DNA of 64,000 nucleotides from Phormidium sp. (lineage in GTDB: Bacteria; Cyanobacteriota; Cyanobacteriia; Cyanobacteriales; Aerosakkonemataceae), in NCBI GenBank assembly GCA_051013385.1, contig CP143273.1, forward strand, positions 1,312,001 to 1,376,000, read 5' to 3'. Under the pieces are notes generated by a model. It was not told the DNA's origin. It saw only the letters and a list, made by a program, of their open reading frames with translations, and made no database searches. This document shows positions 29,635 through 40,186 of the stretch, one piece after another. The position numbers were made by a program, and so were the translations under genes. The stretch's first letter is position 1. Every line of letters begins with the position of its first letter.

Positions 29635-30246
29635 TTATTGCTCCCCTGCTCCCTTCACCATCCAAACTAAAAACCCTAAAATTTGTTCCACAGGCGGTAA
29701 AGGATAATCTGTAAGCTCGATTGTTACCGTCTTTTCCTCTAATTTTAAAAATCGCCATTGTGTACCGCTAGAAACAGTACCGTAAATCGTTTTTATTGGT
29801 TTATTTTTCGCTTGATTAAACTTTTGGGCAGCGATCATTTCGGCAATACATTGTCCGATTCCTGACTTAAGATCAGACTTTTTCGCCTCAACAATAACAA
29901 CAGCAGGTGCTTCTACCACAAGTTGTTCGGGAGAAAGACTAATTAAAAACTCGCATACGCCATTAAGTCCAGCCGCAACATCGACGTTAAATTCTTCACC
30001 GGAAAACAAGCTAATTTTCTGATTCAGAATGCGTCGCACTTCCAACAAAACCGGATTAATAATTACTTCCGAACGTGCTTTTTCGGTGTCAACTGCGATC
30101 GCCCAAGGTAATTCTTCTAAAATTCCCATCAATCTTGGACTTGGTGGAATTCGTTCAACATCAACAGGGAAAAACCTAGTTCCTTCGACAGTTGACAAAT
30201 TAAAATCTTCTTTAACCTTACTCAAAGTGAATTGACTGTAGGGCAT
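29635..30246 (-). CDS. Conserved cyanobacterial PD-(D/E)xK-like hypothetical protein
   Basis: EKARSE, IVEAKK, GQCIAEM and YGTVSSG motifs; start MPYSQF at 30246. Confidence 0.7.
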   Translation of the reverse strand: MPYSQFTLSKVKEDFNLSTVEGTRFFPVDVERIPPSPRLMGILEELPWAIAVDTEKARSEVIINPVLLEVRRILNQKISLFSGEEFNVDVAAGLNGVCEFLISLSPEQLVVEAPAVVIVEAKKSDLKSGIGQCIAEMIAAQKFNQAKNKPIKTIYGTVSSGTQWRFLKLEEKTVTIELTDYPLPPVEQILGFLVWMVKGAGEQ

Positions 30247-30260
30247 ATTTAAATTAAACC

Positions 30261-32654
30261 TCACAAAGTCCGCCAAATCTTAACCGTTTTATCCTCACTT
30301 CCACTAGCAAAAGTTTGTCCATCAGGACTAACAGCTAAGGAATAAACCCATTTTTGATGTCCGGTTAAAGTACCTAATAATTTCCCTGTTTTTAGATGCC
30401 ATAATCTAATTGTATTATCCTTACTGCCGCTAATCAAAGTTTTGCCATCAGGACTAAAAGCTAAGGACAAAACCCAATCAGAATGACCCATGAAAGTTCG
30501 CAAAAGTTTTCCTGTTTGTAAGTTCCAAAGTTTAATAGTATTGTCATCACTACCACTAGCCAACATTTCTCCATCAGGGCTAATTACTACCGATCGCACC
30601 CAGTCAAAATGCCCTTCCAAATTATGAATTAATTCCCCACTTTGCAGATGCCAAACTTTTACCGTTTTATCTCCTCCACTACTAGCAAACTTCTCGCCAT
30701 CAGGACTAATAGCCAAAGAATAAACCCACTTTTTATGTCCGGGAATACTGTGTAAAGGTTCCCCAGTTTCTAACTGCCAAGTTTTGATTTTGTGACTCCC
30801 ACTAATCAGCGTTTTTCCATCAGGACTAATAGCTAAAGAATAAATCCATTTATTATGTCCAGCTAAAGTGCGAATTAATTCACCAGTTTGTAATTGCCAA
30901 ATTTTGATACAACTGCGATCGCTAGTCCGATGACTACTAGCTAAAATCTGTCCATCAGGACTAACATTAATGGCTAAAACTCTGCCATAATTACCATTTA
31001 AAGTCTGCAATAATTCCCCAGTCCCTAAATGCCACAATTTAATAGTATTATCATCCCCGCCACTCGCCAAAGTACTCCCATCATGACTCACAGCAACCGA
31101 AGAAGCTTTTCCCGAATGTCCATTTAAAGTATGAATAATCGAAATATTCTCTACTTTCAAATCATCTCGATTTTTGCTAATTACACTCAGATTATTGGGA
31201 ATCTTAATTAAGCTTGTTTGGCTTTTCTCTATTCCTGAAGTTTTACTGCTTAAATCTTCTAATACCGTTAACAAGCGGCATACTTGTTTCAGACAAGATT
31301 CATCCCCTATTGCTACTAAGCAAGCTTTAATATTCTCTAAAAAATTGCGGTCTTCGACGGTAATTAACGATTGTACAGTTTCTAAGGAAACATTGCTTTC
31401 ATTTAGTGGGATTCGCTTCTGCTTCAACCAAAATTTTATTGCATAATTAATTTGTTCTGTCGCCCAATATTTATCAGCTAAAACAGTTAAACTCTTAGCC
31501 AGGTTTACCGATGACTCCAAAACTCGATCGGGTGCGTCATTCTCCCATTTACTAAACAGATTACTATAAAAGGAAATACCGATTTGTAGCAAATCTTCTG
31601 GTGCTTTTGGGTTGAGTTTCGGCAGTAATTTTGGTAAAACGGGGGTAATTTTATAATTAACTAAATGATGCAAATCTGCCATCCAACCCGCCAAAAAACA
31701 ATGATAACCAATTAACCATTTTAACAAAGTTTGCCAATCTTGTTCATTGCATTGATATGGTAAATTCAAATCTTTAGTAACAATCCCCAGGTCTTGCCAT
31801 TTTAACTCTTTTTCTAAAACTTCTAAATTCTTGACATTCTCGCCACCCAATTCCTGAATTTCTGCTAAACTGACACCACAAGCCAACAATTTACTTGCAG
31901 TTTCTCGCCACTGCAAAGCACGTTTTTTTGTCGCCGCATCAACCATTTCCAGATAAGGAAAATGAGAAATAATTGTTTGATAAGAATATGTATGTTCAGC
32001 AATACCCCAGTAAGCTATCCGCAAATTTAAATGCTTGCCAATGATTTCTAATTCTAAAATCAAAGTCGGTTCAAATTTCAGAATTTCAAATAAACCTTTG
32101 ATGCTAGTCTCTTGCTCAAATTCCTGAGTTTTCCAAGCGTTAGCAATAAATTCAACAGGTCTTTCTTGGCTGTTTAAAGGGTAGTTTTGACAAATAAATT
32201 CTCTTAAACCTTGCGCCAAATTTAGTTCCCAGTTGGCTATTTTTTCCAGTGCGTTATCATTACCTTGAATCTTGATTGGTGCGAGGAAGATGCGTAAAGG
32301 TTTAGGTGCATTATTCGGCGGATTACTTAAAAATTGAGAAGGCAGTAATTTTAAAGGCCAATTAGCAATAAATTTCTGGTGTTCCGGGTACTTTTGGGCA
32401 ATTTCTCGTCCCGCATCTACTAATTGTAAAACTGTTTCTCGATGATAAGCTGCTATTTCCTGTTCCCGTCGCCACCTTGGCAAATTGCGATTTTCGGGAG
32501 ATTTTTCCCTTTCTTGCTGAGATTTAACCTGGTTAACTTCTTTAGCTTGTTCGTGCTTAATTACTGCTAATCTTTCCTCTTGTAAGGCTGTGAATATTTG
32601 TGCGATCGCTGGTAAACCCTGGACTAGTAACTGTAAACCTAGCTCCAGTTCCAT
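30261..32654 (-). CDS. WD40 repeat protein with an uncharacterised N-terminal region
   Basis: Seven GH...SPDG..LASGS.D.TIKLW repeats at the C-terminus. Confidence 0.9.
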   Translation of the reverse strand: MELELGLQLLVQGLPAIAQIFTALQEERLAVIKHEQAKEVNQVKSQQEREKSPENRNLPRWRREQEIAAYHRETVLQLVDAGREIAQKYPEHQKFIANWPLKLLPSQFLSNPPNNAPKPLRIFLAPIKIQGNDNALEKIANWELNLAQGLREFICQNYPLNSQERPVEFIANAWKTQEFEQETSIKGLFEILKFEPTLILELEIIGKHLNLRIAYWGIAEHTYSYQTIISHFPYLEMVDAATKKRALQWRETASKLLACGVSLAEIQELGGENVKNLEVLEKELKWQDLGIVTKDLNLPYQCNEQDWQTLLKWLIGYHCFLAGWMADLHHLVNYKITPVLPKLLPKLNPKAPEDLLQIGISFYSNLFSKWENDAPDRVLESSVNLAKSLTVLADKYWATEQINYAIKFWLKQKRIPLNESNVSLETVQSLITVEDRNFLENIKACLVAIGDESCLKQVCRLLTVLEDLSSKTSGIEKSQTSLIKIPNNLSVISKNRDDLKVENISIIHTLNGHSGKASSVAVSHDGSTLASGGDDNTIKLWHLGTGELLQTLNGNYGRVLAINVSPDGQILASSHRTSDRSCIKIWQLQTGELIRTLAGHNKWIYSLAISPDGKTLISGSHKIKTWQLETGEPLHSIPGHKKWVYSLAISPDGEKFASSGGDKTVKVWHLQSGELIHNLEGHFDWVRSVVISPDGEMLASGSDDNTIKLWNLQTGKLLRTFMGHSDWVLSLAFSPDGKTLISGSKDNTIRLWHLKTGKLLGTLTGHQKWVYSLAVSPDGQTFASGSEDKTVKIWRTL

Positions 32655-32825
32655 AAATTCCTCTCCAATTAACGTATAATTAAGATAAAATATTGCCTAC
32701 TTTTTGGCAAGCTTTCCCAATCATATCTTTTAATTGCACAATCCTGGTTAAGGATAAGTTAACAGGAAAAATTATCGCTTTTTCCTGACTCCAAAGCAAT
32801 CAAAAAATAAATACTAATTTCCGGT

Positions 32826-33275
32826 TTACTTGACATTGATTTCTTGAGAAAATGCCAATGCTGCTTCATAAGCAACTTGGTAATCTTTACCGCCTAACAT
32901 TACTTCGCCATAATACTCATAAGGCATTGCACCATAAACCGGAAGAGGGTTATCTTCTGGATAATCTTCCTTCGCTTCTTCCACTGCGGCTATTAGTTGC
33001 TTCACAGTCAAACAATGTGCGGGAAAATAATACAGTTCTTCCGCCTGTTTATCCCAAAGGGTAAAAGATGGATCGACAACATGATTATCCAACTCGATCC
33101 AGCTATGTTCGATCGGAGGTAAACCTTCTCCCGCCACAACTAAAAAACCTTGGACATAAGTACAATTAGGATACAGTAACGCCGCTTTATAAGCATTTTC
33201 AAAAGCATTCTTAGCCAACTTCTTCAGAGATTGACCAACTTGGATTGAAAGAGTAGCATCTAACAGTTTATTCAT
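32826..33275 (-). CDS. Conserved hypothetical protein
   Basis: YVQGF, EHSWIE, VVDP and DYPED motifs; 149 aa. Confidence 0.7.
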   Translation of the reverse strand: MNKLLDATLSIQVGQSLKKLAKNAFENAYKAALLYPNCTYVQGFLVVAGEGLPPIEHSWIELDNHVVDPSFTLWDKQAEELYYFPAHCLTVKQLIAAVEEAKEDYPEDNPLPVYGAMPYEYYGEVMLGGKDYQVAYEAALAFSQEINVK

Positions 33276-33429
33276 GGCGATTAGTCTAACATTTTTTCTT
33301 AAATTATAAACAATAACCAGCAGAAAAACCCGAAAAAATATTGACTGTTGCTAGCATCAATATTTCGCCAACCACAGTCAACATTAAAAGTAAAAATTTC
33401 CAACTTATTGTTGCTGAAATTGATGTAAA

Positions 33430-34170
33430 TTACAGATTCTGAGAGCTTAAATACTCAGCTAAAGCTTCCGAGCCACCAATCAATTTGCCGTCAATAAATA
33501 CCTGGGGTACAGTTTTTGCACCAGTCACAGCTTGCAAAGAACGGGTAGTGATATCTTTGCCTAAAACAATTTCTTCAAAAGCAATTCCCCTGTCTTTCAA
33601 AGCAGCTTTAGCACGAGCACAATAAGGACAACCAACTTTGGTAAACAGGGAAACTAAGTTAGGTTTCGCTGCTTGAGGGTTGATGTATTTCAACATAGTT
33701 TCTGCATCAGAAACTTCAAAAGGATCGCCTTCTACTTCTGGTTCAATAAACATCTTTTCGATTACTCCATCTTTGACTAACATAGAGTAACGCCAAGACC
33801 TTTTACCAAAACCTAAGTCTCTTTTGTCTACTAACATTCCCATGCCTTCACTAAATTCTCCATTGCCATCGGGAATGAATTTAATATTTTCTGCCTGTTG
33901 ATCTTTCTGCCACTCTTCCATTACAAAAGGGTCATTTACCGAGATACAGATAATGTCATCGACCCCATTTTTTTGGAAAGTTGTGTACAGTTCATTGTAA
34001 CCAGGAACGTGAGTAGAAGAACAAGTGGGAGTGAAAGCACCGGGAAGAGCAAAAACCGCAACTGTTTTCCCTGCAAACAATTCATCAGTTGTTATATCCA
34101 ACCATTGACCATCTTTACGAGTTCTAAAAGTTACATTGGGAACTCTTTCCCCTTCTCGGCTTTTCAACAT
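33430..34170 (-). CDS. Hybrid peroxiredoxin-glutaredoxin (Prx5-Grx, PGdx type)
   Basis: PGAFTPTCS peroxidatic motif and a C-terminal CPYC/TVPQVF glutaredoxin. Confidence 0.95.
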   Translation of the reverse strand: MLKSREGERVPNVTFRTRKDGQWLDITTDELFAGKTVAVFALPGAFTPTCSSTHVPGYNELYTTFQKNGVDDIICISVNDPFVMEEWQKDQQAENIKFIPDGNGEFSEGMGMLVDKRDLGFGKRSWRYSMLVKDGVIEKMFIEPEVEGDPFEVSDAETMLKYINPQAAKPNLVSLFTKVGCPYCARAKAALKDRGIAFEEIVLGKDITTRSLQAVTGAKTVPQVFIDGKLIGGSEALAEYLSSQNL

Positions 34171-34399
34171 TATTCCTATCTCCTGATTTGGTTAGGTTTT
34201 GCTGATAATAGCACGATTTTGTGAAGCATTATTTGTTACTAACACATCACTGCGATCGCACACCATTACCGCAACTGTCAAACAAAAACAGTTGTTGCTG
34301 ATTAGTTTAATTCAAAAATGTAAAAAGCGGGGAAAAATTTTTTGTATAATGAGTGAGTTATCCTTAGCTGCGTTGTGTAAACAGTAAAGGCAAAAATCT

Positions 34400-35080
34400 A
34401 TGGCGCGAGGCGATCAAATCTATGCCATGAGACACTTTATCAACATTAAAGGCGTTTACGAACATCATGGTATTGACTGCGGCGATGGTACAGCTATTCA
34501 TTACCGCAAACCTAGCGAAACAATTGAACGCACCTCTTTAGAAACTCTCTCTCAAGGTGGGATAATCTATGTCAAAAAATACCAAACTTCTTTCATTCCC
34601 GATGTGGTTGTGCATCGCGCCGAAAGTCGTTTAGGAGAGAGAAAATATAATCTACTTTTTAATAACTGCGAACATTTTGCTACTTGGTGTAAAACCGGAA
34701 TAAACTACAGCCAACAGGTAGTAGATTTTATTCCCATGTTACGTTATATCGATGTAGATACTTTAACTGAACCTATGAACCGTTCTTTAGAAGCAACTCC
34801 AAAAGCTCGAACTATTCAGTTAGTTGAAGAAGCTCTTTCCCAAATCCGCACTACTTGGAATAACATCCAGCCTCAGTATACCCAAACTCTCAAAGAAATG
34901 AATGACTGGGAAAAAGTAGCCAAGGAAGCTTTGAAGCGAAACCGGGAAGATTTAGCCAGAGCAGCATTATACAGAAAGCAAAAGTACAAACAACAAGCTG
35001 CTCAACAGGAAGAAATGCTGCAAAAGTTAGCGAGAATGACGCAAAATCTGATCGAAAGCCAGCGAGAAAATCAAAAATAA
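34400..35080 (+). CDS. LRAT/NC-domain protein with a PspA-like C-terminal helix
   Basis: YEHHGI, IHY and NNCEHF motifs; WEKVAKEALKRNREDLARAAL. Confidence 0.85.
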   Translation: MARGDQIYAMRHFINIKGVYEHHGIDCGDGTAIHYRKPSETIERTSLETLSQGGIIYVKKYQTSFIPDVVVHRAESRLGERKYNLLFNNCEHFATWCKTGINYSQQVVDFIPMLRYIDVDTLTEPMNRSLEATPKARTIQLVEEALSQIRTTWNNIQPQYTQTLKEMNDWEKVAKEALKRNREDLARAALYRKQKYKQQAAQQEEMLQKLARMTQNLIESQRENQK

Positions 35081-35610
35081 GTGAACTAAAATCGAAGTTG
35101 GCAGCAATTTGCTTTGTGATTAATCGCTCGAATCTGCAATAATTAAAGTTAACCAGAGGTAACAGGTAATTATAATTTTAATTTATAATTAAACCTCGGA
35201 TTGTTTGGATAAATAAATCAATAGCTGATTTAGGAAGCAAAATTATCGCTAAAGATTCTCAATTATTAAACCTACTTGCGTTATTTGGGAAATTTGGTAT
35301 CATGGTGTACAAAGGTTATTTTGGATTTTTCTGACTGAAAATCGGTCAAGGTAACGAGAGAATCAAAGTTACAGCCACAAACTACCGAAAACGCCGGACT
35401 AAAATTATCCGTTTTTTGCCTTCTCGATCGACAAGTTTTTTCCACTCCGAAACATCCTCCCGAAACAGCATCTTGACAAAATGCCGAATTTGTGTATTGG
35501 CAGTAAGTGGTTTTTTAACCACAGATATCCACAGATGAACGCAGATAAACGCAGATGTAGATGTAGGTTTTTGGTGGGGTGGATGGGGGTGGGTGCGATC
35601 GCGCAGACGA

Positions 35611-36921
35611 TTAACCACCCCGATACTGGACGCGATAAATCCGGTTATTCGCTTCTTCAGTAAATAGTAAACTACCATCAGGAAGTACTAGCACTCCGAC
35701 CGGACGACCCCAAACTGTTGGTACTTTTGGATTTAACAAAAACCCGGTGAGGAAATCTTCGTAATCACCGACTGGACGATCGTTATTAAAAGGAACAAAT
35801 ACTATTTTATAACCTGTTCCTTGGTCACGATTCCAAGAACCCCGAAAAGCGACAAATGCACCGTTGCGATATTTTTGGGGAAAGGTTTTGCCATCATAAA
35901 ATTGTAGTCCCAAGGCGGCGGAATGAGCTTGGAAAAGGACATCGGGGGTTTGAGTTTTAGCGGCTAAGTCGGGGCGATCGCTTTTTCCATTTGTAGTTCG
36001 GCGAGGGTCAAGTTTATTGGGTGTCAAATAAGCAAAAGGCCAACCGTAAAACTCTCCCTGTCGAATCCGGGTGAGAAAATCTGGAACTAAATCATCGCCA
36101 ATTCCATCTCGTTCATTAACAGTTGTATAAAGTTCTTTGGTTTGGGGATGAAAATCTAAACCAACAGGATTTCGCAACCCAAAAGCAAAAGTTTGCCGAT
36201 TTGAACCATCCAAATTCATCACTTGCACTGATGCTCTGGGTAATTCTTCCACATCGACGTTAGAACGGGAACCAACGGAAACATACAACTTTTTCCCATC
36301 AGGAGAAACGACAACGTTACGAGTCCAATGTTGACGATAACCGCCGGGAGTTAGGTCGGTAATTTTTTGCCCTTTTCCGGGAATTTCCTGCTGACCTTTT
36401 TGATAAGGGAAGCGGAGAACTTCGTTAGTATTACCGACAAAAAAGCTGTTTCCCGCAAAAGCCATACCAAAGGGAATATTTAACCCGTTTTCTGCGGTGG
36501 CGAAACTTTTCCTAACATCTGCTACCCCGTCGCCGTTGGTATCTCGTAATAGGAGAATGCGATTTGCGGGAGTTTCTGTAACTAATACTTCGCCGTTGGG
36601 AGTTAATGCTAACCAACGAGGGGCGTTAAGATTTTCGGCAAAAACATTGACGACAAAACCATTGGGAACTCGCAAGGTTGGGTTGGCGGGAATGGGAACG
36701 ACTTGAGGAGATTTAGAGGCGCTTTGGGTGGCGAAAGGTTTGGGTAGAGAGTTAATGTTAATGCGGATGGGTTGGGGGGAAAGGGTTTGAGTTTGTAATG
36801 CTTTGTTAGTTGCTGGTTTAGTTTGTTTTGCCGAGGGGGTTTCCCCGGAGTTGGCGGTAAAGTTGCAAGCAGTTGTCGTGGTAATTAAAGTTGTTAATAG
36901 TAACAGTTTACAGAGTTTCAT
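35611..36921 (-). CDS. Sorbosone/PQQ-dependent sugar dehydrogenase family lipoprotein
   Basis: Lipobox-like TAC; GLRNPVG, VNERD, YGWP, HSAALG, RGSWNR and GRPVG motifs. Confidence 0.88.
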   Translation of the reverse strand: MKLCKLLLLTTLITTTTACNFTANSGETPSAKQTKPATNKALQTQTLSPQPIRININSLPKPFATQSASKSPQVVPIPANPTLRVPNGFVVNVFAENLNAPRWLALTPNGEVLVTETPANRILLLRDTNGDGVADVRKSFATAENGLNIPFGMAFAGNSFFVGNTNEVLRFPYQKGQQEIPGKGQKITDLTPGGYRQHWTRNVVVSPDGKKLYVSVGSRSNVDVEELPRASVQVMNLDGSNRQTFAFGLRNPVGLDFHPQTKELYTTVNERDGIGDDLVPDFLTRIRQGEFYGWPFAYLTPNKLDPRRTTNGKSDRPDLAAKTQTPDVLFQAHSAALGLQFYDGKTFPQKYRNGAFVAFRGSWNRDQGTGYKIVFVPFNNDRPVGDYEDFLTGFLLNPKVPTVWGRPVGVLVLPDGSLLFTEEANNRIYRVQYRGG

Positions 36922-37026
36922 TATATCAAGCCTTAATTAATCTAAGTTTCTGAGAAACCAGATATTTTTCTCGGAAATCTCCTAAAGTATGAGAATCCGA
37001 AACAGATTAACTCAAGAAACTTACTA

Positions 37027-38142
37027 GTGCAGATGCGTTTAACCTCTCTGGATGTGTTTCGCGGTATTGCGATCGCAGGTATGATCCAAGTCAATACGGC
37101 GAGTCTAGGAAAAGTATATCCTTTCTTAAGTCACGCTGACTGGAATGGCTGCACTTTGGCAGATTTAGTTTTTCCCTTTTTCCTATTCATCCTCGGTGTG
37201 GCGATGTCTTTTTCTCTTTCTAAGTACACCAATGGAAAGCATGCCACAACATCGGTCTATAGACGGATTTTTCGCCGGAGTATCATCCTTTTTGCTTTAG
37301 GTTTGTTGCTGAATGGCTTTTGGAATTACGACTTTAGTAATATCAGAATTATGGGGGTGTTACAGCGAATAGCTTTAGCTTATTTATTCGCCGCTTTAGC
37401 GATTCTGAAATTGCCCAAAAAAGGTTTGTGGGTATTGACGGTAATTTTACTTGTTGGTTATTGGGGGGCGATGACTTTAATTCCAGTTCCTGATTATGGT
37501 GCAGGGGTGTTAACTAGGGAGGGAAATTTTGGGGCTTGGATCGATCGCCTCATCGTCACTCCCACCCATCTTTATAAAGGAGATGGTTACAACTCAATGG
37601 GAGATCCCGAAGGTTTATTTAGCACTTTACCCGCTGTAGCAACCACACTTTTAGGTTACTTAACTGGCGATTGGCTAGGTAAACAAAATCCCAACTCAAG
37701 AACCAGTATCAATTTAGCATTAATTGGCATTATTTGTCTACTGATTGGTGGGAATTGGAATTTATTATTTCCCATCAACAAAAAGCTGTGGACGAGTTCT
37801 TATGTGTTGTTTACTACTGGATGGGCAATACTTTTATTAGCTGGGTGTTATCAATTAATTGAAGTCCGGGAATTACGCCGTTGGGGAAAACCGTTGGAAG
37901 TTCTGGGATTAAACGCGATTTTCATTTTTGTCGCTTCGGTTTTAGGCTTGAAGCTAATGGCGAAAATTCAAATTGGTACAGGCGAAACTGCCATTAGTGT
38001 CTACAATTGGATTTACCAAAATTGGTTTGTTTCTTGGGCAGGTGAAATGAACGGTTCTTTGCTTTTCGCCAAAATAACTTTGTTATTTTGGTGGGCAGTC
38101 GCTTATTTGATGTATGCTAAACATTGGTTTTTCAAAGTTTAG
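37027..38142 (+). CDS. HGSNAT/DUF5009-like membrane acyltransferase
   Basis: RLTSLDVFRG, ADLVFPFF, GVLQRI, DPEG and PINKKLWTSSY motifs. Confidence 0.88.
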   Translation: MQMRLTSLDVFRGIAIAGMIQVNTASLGKVYPFLSHADWNGCTLADLVFPFFLFILGVAMSFSLSKYTNGKHATTSVYRRIFRRSIILFALGLLLNGFWNYDFSNIRIMGVLQRIALAYLFAALAILKLPKKGLWVLTVILLVGYWGAMTLIPVPDYGAGVLTREGNFGAWIDRLIVTPTHLYKGDGYNSMGDPEGLFSTLPAVATTLLGYLTGDWLGKQNPNSRTSINLALIGIICLLIGGNWNLLFPINKKLWTSSYVLFTTGWAILLLAGCYQLIEVRELRRWGKPLEVLGLNAIFIFVASVLGLKLMAKIQIGTGETAISVYNWIYQNWFVSWAGEMNGSLLFAKITLLFWWAVAYLMYAKHWFFKV

Positions 38143-38256
38143 CATATTTTCCCGATCGACTCTGAGGAGAATTTATTCCCAAATGCTGAAGGGACACAAC
38201 ATCATAAAATCATCTTGGTAATCCAAAATTTCAATGATGTCCTGTCCTTACGCTTT

Positions 38257-39543
38257 TCAACTAGCTGGAATTGCCAAATCTTGAATTACAGGCAAATGGT
38301 CCGATCCAACTTTCCGCCCAGTGTGAATGTTTACTACTTTAATTTCAGGACTTAATAGAGACTGATCGATCGGAATTGATAAGAGAGGAAAAGTAGTGGG
38401 CCAAGAGGGAAGAATGCCGAATCCATAGCGGGCATTTTTCAGGGCGGTTTTCTGAACGAAACCCTTGTAAAATGGCGACCACATGGTAATATTCCAATCT
38501 CCCAGTGCAACCATTGGATGTTTAATTTCTTTGACAAAATCAGTGAGTTCTACCAATTGTTTATTTCGCCGATAAAAACTAGCTTTGCTGGTGGGAATAC
38601 TCAGGTGACTAGCAACTAAAGTAACAATTTGCCCTTTGACTTTTATATCTGTTACAAGAGTTTTTCTGCCGCCACCTAAGTTTTTAATTGCCGGGTTTTC
38701 TAGGGGAATTTTACTGTAGATTGCTGTACCCATATCGGTACTATCTTGATTAGTGAAAGAGTAAGGAAAGCTATCTTTTAAAGCGGTTAACTCTTTCATC
38801 CAAATTTTGCTGACTTCTAGGAAAACTGCGATATCTGGTTTTTCTTCTTTGACTAAGGAAATGACTTGAGGGTAATTTTTATTGTTCCACAAAACATTAG
38901 ATTGCAAGATGCGAATTTGAGAGGCGATCGCACTATTGTTTCCCCATTGAGGTAAATACCAAGGAACTATTTCTCCCAAATTAATGACAAGACAAATCAG
39001 GCTAACAATTGCCCATTTTTGGCGGCGAGTGAGAAGAAAGAAAAATAGGGTACAAAGTCCCACTACTAAGTATTGTAATTTGAAATGGGAAGTCATTTCT
39101 AGAAGGTAATGCAGTTGTCCCAAATAACCAGTAAAAGTTAATAAAGTGACAGAAATTGCCGCTAAGATAAACGCCCAAGGAATCAAAATTTTGAAGTTCG
39201 ATCGCCAACTGAAGTCTTGATGGAGAAATGACCATTTCAATTTGATTTTTAAATCGGTGGAAATGGGTAAGCGATCGATTTTTTCAATCAATTTTTGCTC
39301 TGGCATAAATTGACTGCGTTTTTGACAAAACTTCAACAACAGATGTTCGATCGCTGCTTTGCTGAAAATATTGCTGATCAATCCTAACAGTAGGGAAATG
39401 GCAATTACTCCCCGTCCGCCAAAATGATGATAAATCATGGCTAATGTCAGATAAATATCTGTTTCGTGAGATAGAAACTTGATAATATAAAGTAGCAAAA
39501 CAGGTACGCCAAGAGTGATTAGGTTAATCATTACCTTTTCCAT
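38257..39543 (-). CDS. Membrane-anchored endonuclease/exonuclease/phosphatase family protein
   Basis: LQSNV, FLEV, GDWN, IPIDQ and GSDHLP motifs; N-terminal TM helices. Confidence 0.85.
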   Translation of the reverse strand: MEKVMINLITLGVPVLLLYIIKFLSHETDIYLTLAMIYHHFGGRGVIAISLLLGLISNIFSKAAIEHLLLKFCQKRSQFMPEQKLIEKIDRLPISTDLKIKLKWSFLHQDFSWRSNFKILIPWAFILAAISVTLLTFTGYLGQLHYLLEMTSHFKLQYLVVGLCTLFFFLLTRRQKWAIVSLICLVINLGEIVPWYLPQWGNNSAIASQIRILQSNVLWNNKNYPQVISLVKEEKPDIAVFLEVSKIWMKELTALKDSFPYSFTNQDSTDMGTAIYSKIPLENPAIKNLGGGRKTLVTDIKVKGQIVTLVASHLSIPTSKASFYRRNKQLVELTDFVKEIKHPMVALGDWNITMWSPFYKGFVQKTALKNARYGFGILPSWPTTFPLLSIPIDQSLLSPEIKVVNIHTGRKVGSDHLPVIQDLAIPAS

Positions 39544-39590
39544 AGTTGTAAATTCTCCATTTGGTGATGATGAAGGTTTTTCGGAATAAT

Positions 39591-39773
39591 TTAATCGCTG
39601 ATAGTTGCCGGAAAAACTAAAGTATTATGATCGGGTTTGGAGAGGGGAAAATTCTCCTCTGAGTTGGCAGCAAAAATAGCTACTAGTAGGCAGATAACTG
39701 TGGTAATGACTACGCCTGTGCTGAAAGACCCAAGAATGTTCAACAATGTCATGGCAATAGATTTAGGTTGCAT
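39591..39773 (-). CDS. Small hypothetical single-TM protein
   Basis: GAGG RBS before ATG 39773; hydrophobic VVITTVICLLVAIFA. Confidence 0.45.
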   Translation of the reverse strand: MQPKSIAMTLLNILGSFSTGVVITTVICLLVAIFAANSEENFPLSKPDHNTLVFPATISD

Positions 39774-39843
39774 GGTTGTCCTCACAGATAAAGTTTTGAC
39801 TCTTATCTGCTTGTCAGGCGGACTGGGATTAACGCTGCGATTT

Positions 39844-39861
39844 GTTACAAAACTTTATAAA
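39844..39861. promoter_or_regulatory. Possible HLR1 (RpaB) site
   Basis: GTTACAAA-AC-TTTATAAA versus the (G/T)TTACA(A/T)(A/T)-N2 direct repeat, one mismatch. Confidence 0.35.
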
Positions 39862-39933
39862 GTAGTGGGAGAAACCGAGTTTCTGGGGAGTTATATCGTT
39901 TACACAAATGATTAATACAAATAGGTAGGGGCA

Positions 39934-40081
39934 CAATACTGCTCGGTTAAGCAAATTTGACTCTGTAGGGGCGAACGCGAGTGCGTGCCGTAGGCATCAG
40001 CATTCGGAGCATAAAATCTAGGGTTTGAGTCATAAATTGTCGCCCGAATGCTTCGCCCCTACTCTTAACCGAGCAGTATTG
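39934..40081. mobile_element. MITE with perfect 18-bp TIRs and a target-site duplication
   Basis: CAATACTGCTCGGTTAAG ... CTTAACCGAGCAGTATTG, flanked by GGTAGGGGCA / GGTAGGGGCG. Confidence 0.85.
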
Positions 40082-40186
40082 GGTAGGGGCGGGTTTAGCC
40101 AAAATCTTTAATGCTTTCATGAATAAGATCAAAGTCAAAACCCACCCTTTCCCTTATATCTGTAGCAAACATTTAGGTAATTGGTA

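Noticed and set aside
35382..35678. 98-aa minus-strand ORF and 60-aa plus-strand ORF
   Set aside because: Both run through a low-complexity CACAGAT/CGCAGAT repeat and overlap the dehydrogenase end; a decayed gene fragment cannot be excluded but is unsupported
39947..40138. 63-aa ORF
   Set aside because: Lies entirely within the nested MITE/REP elements
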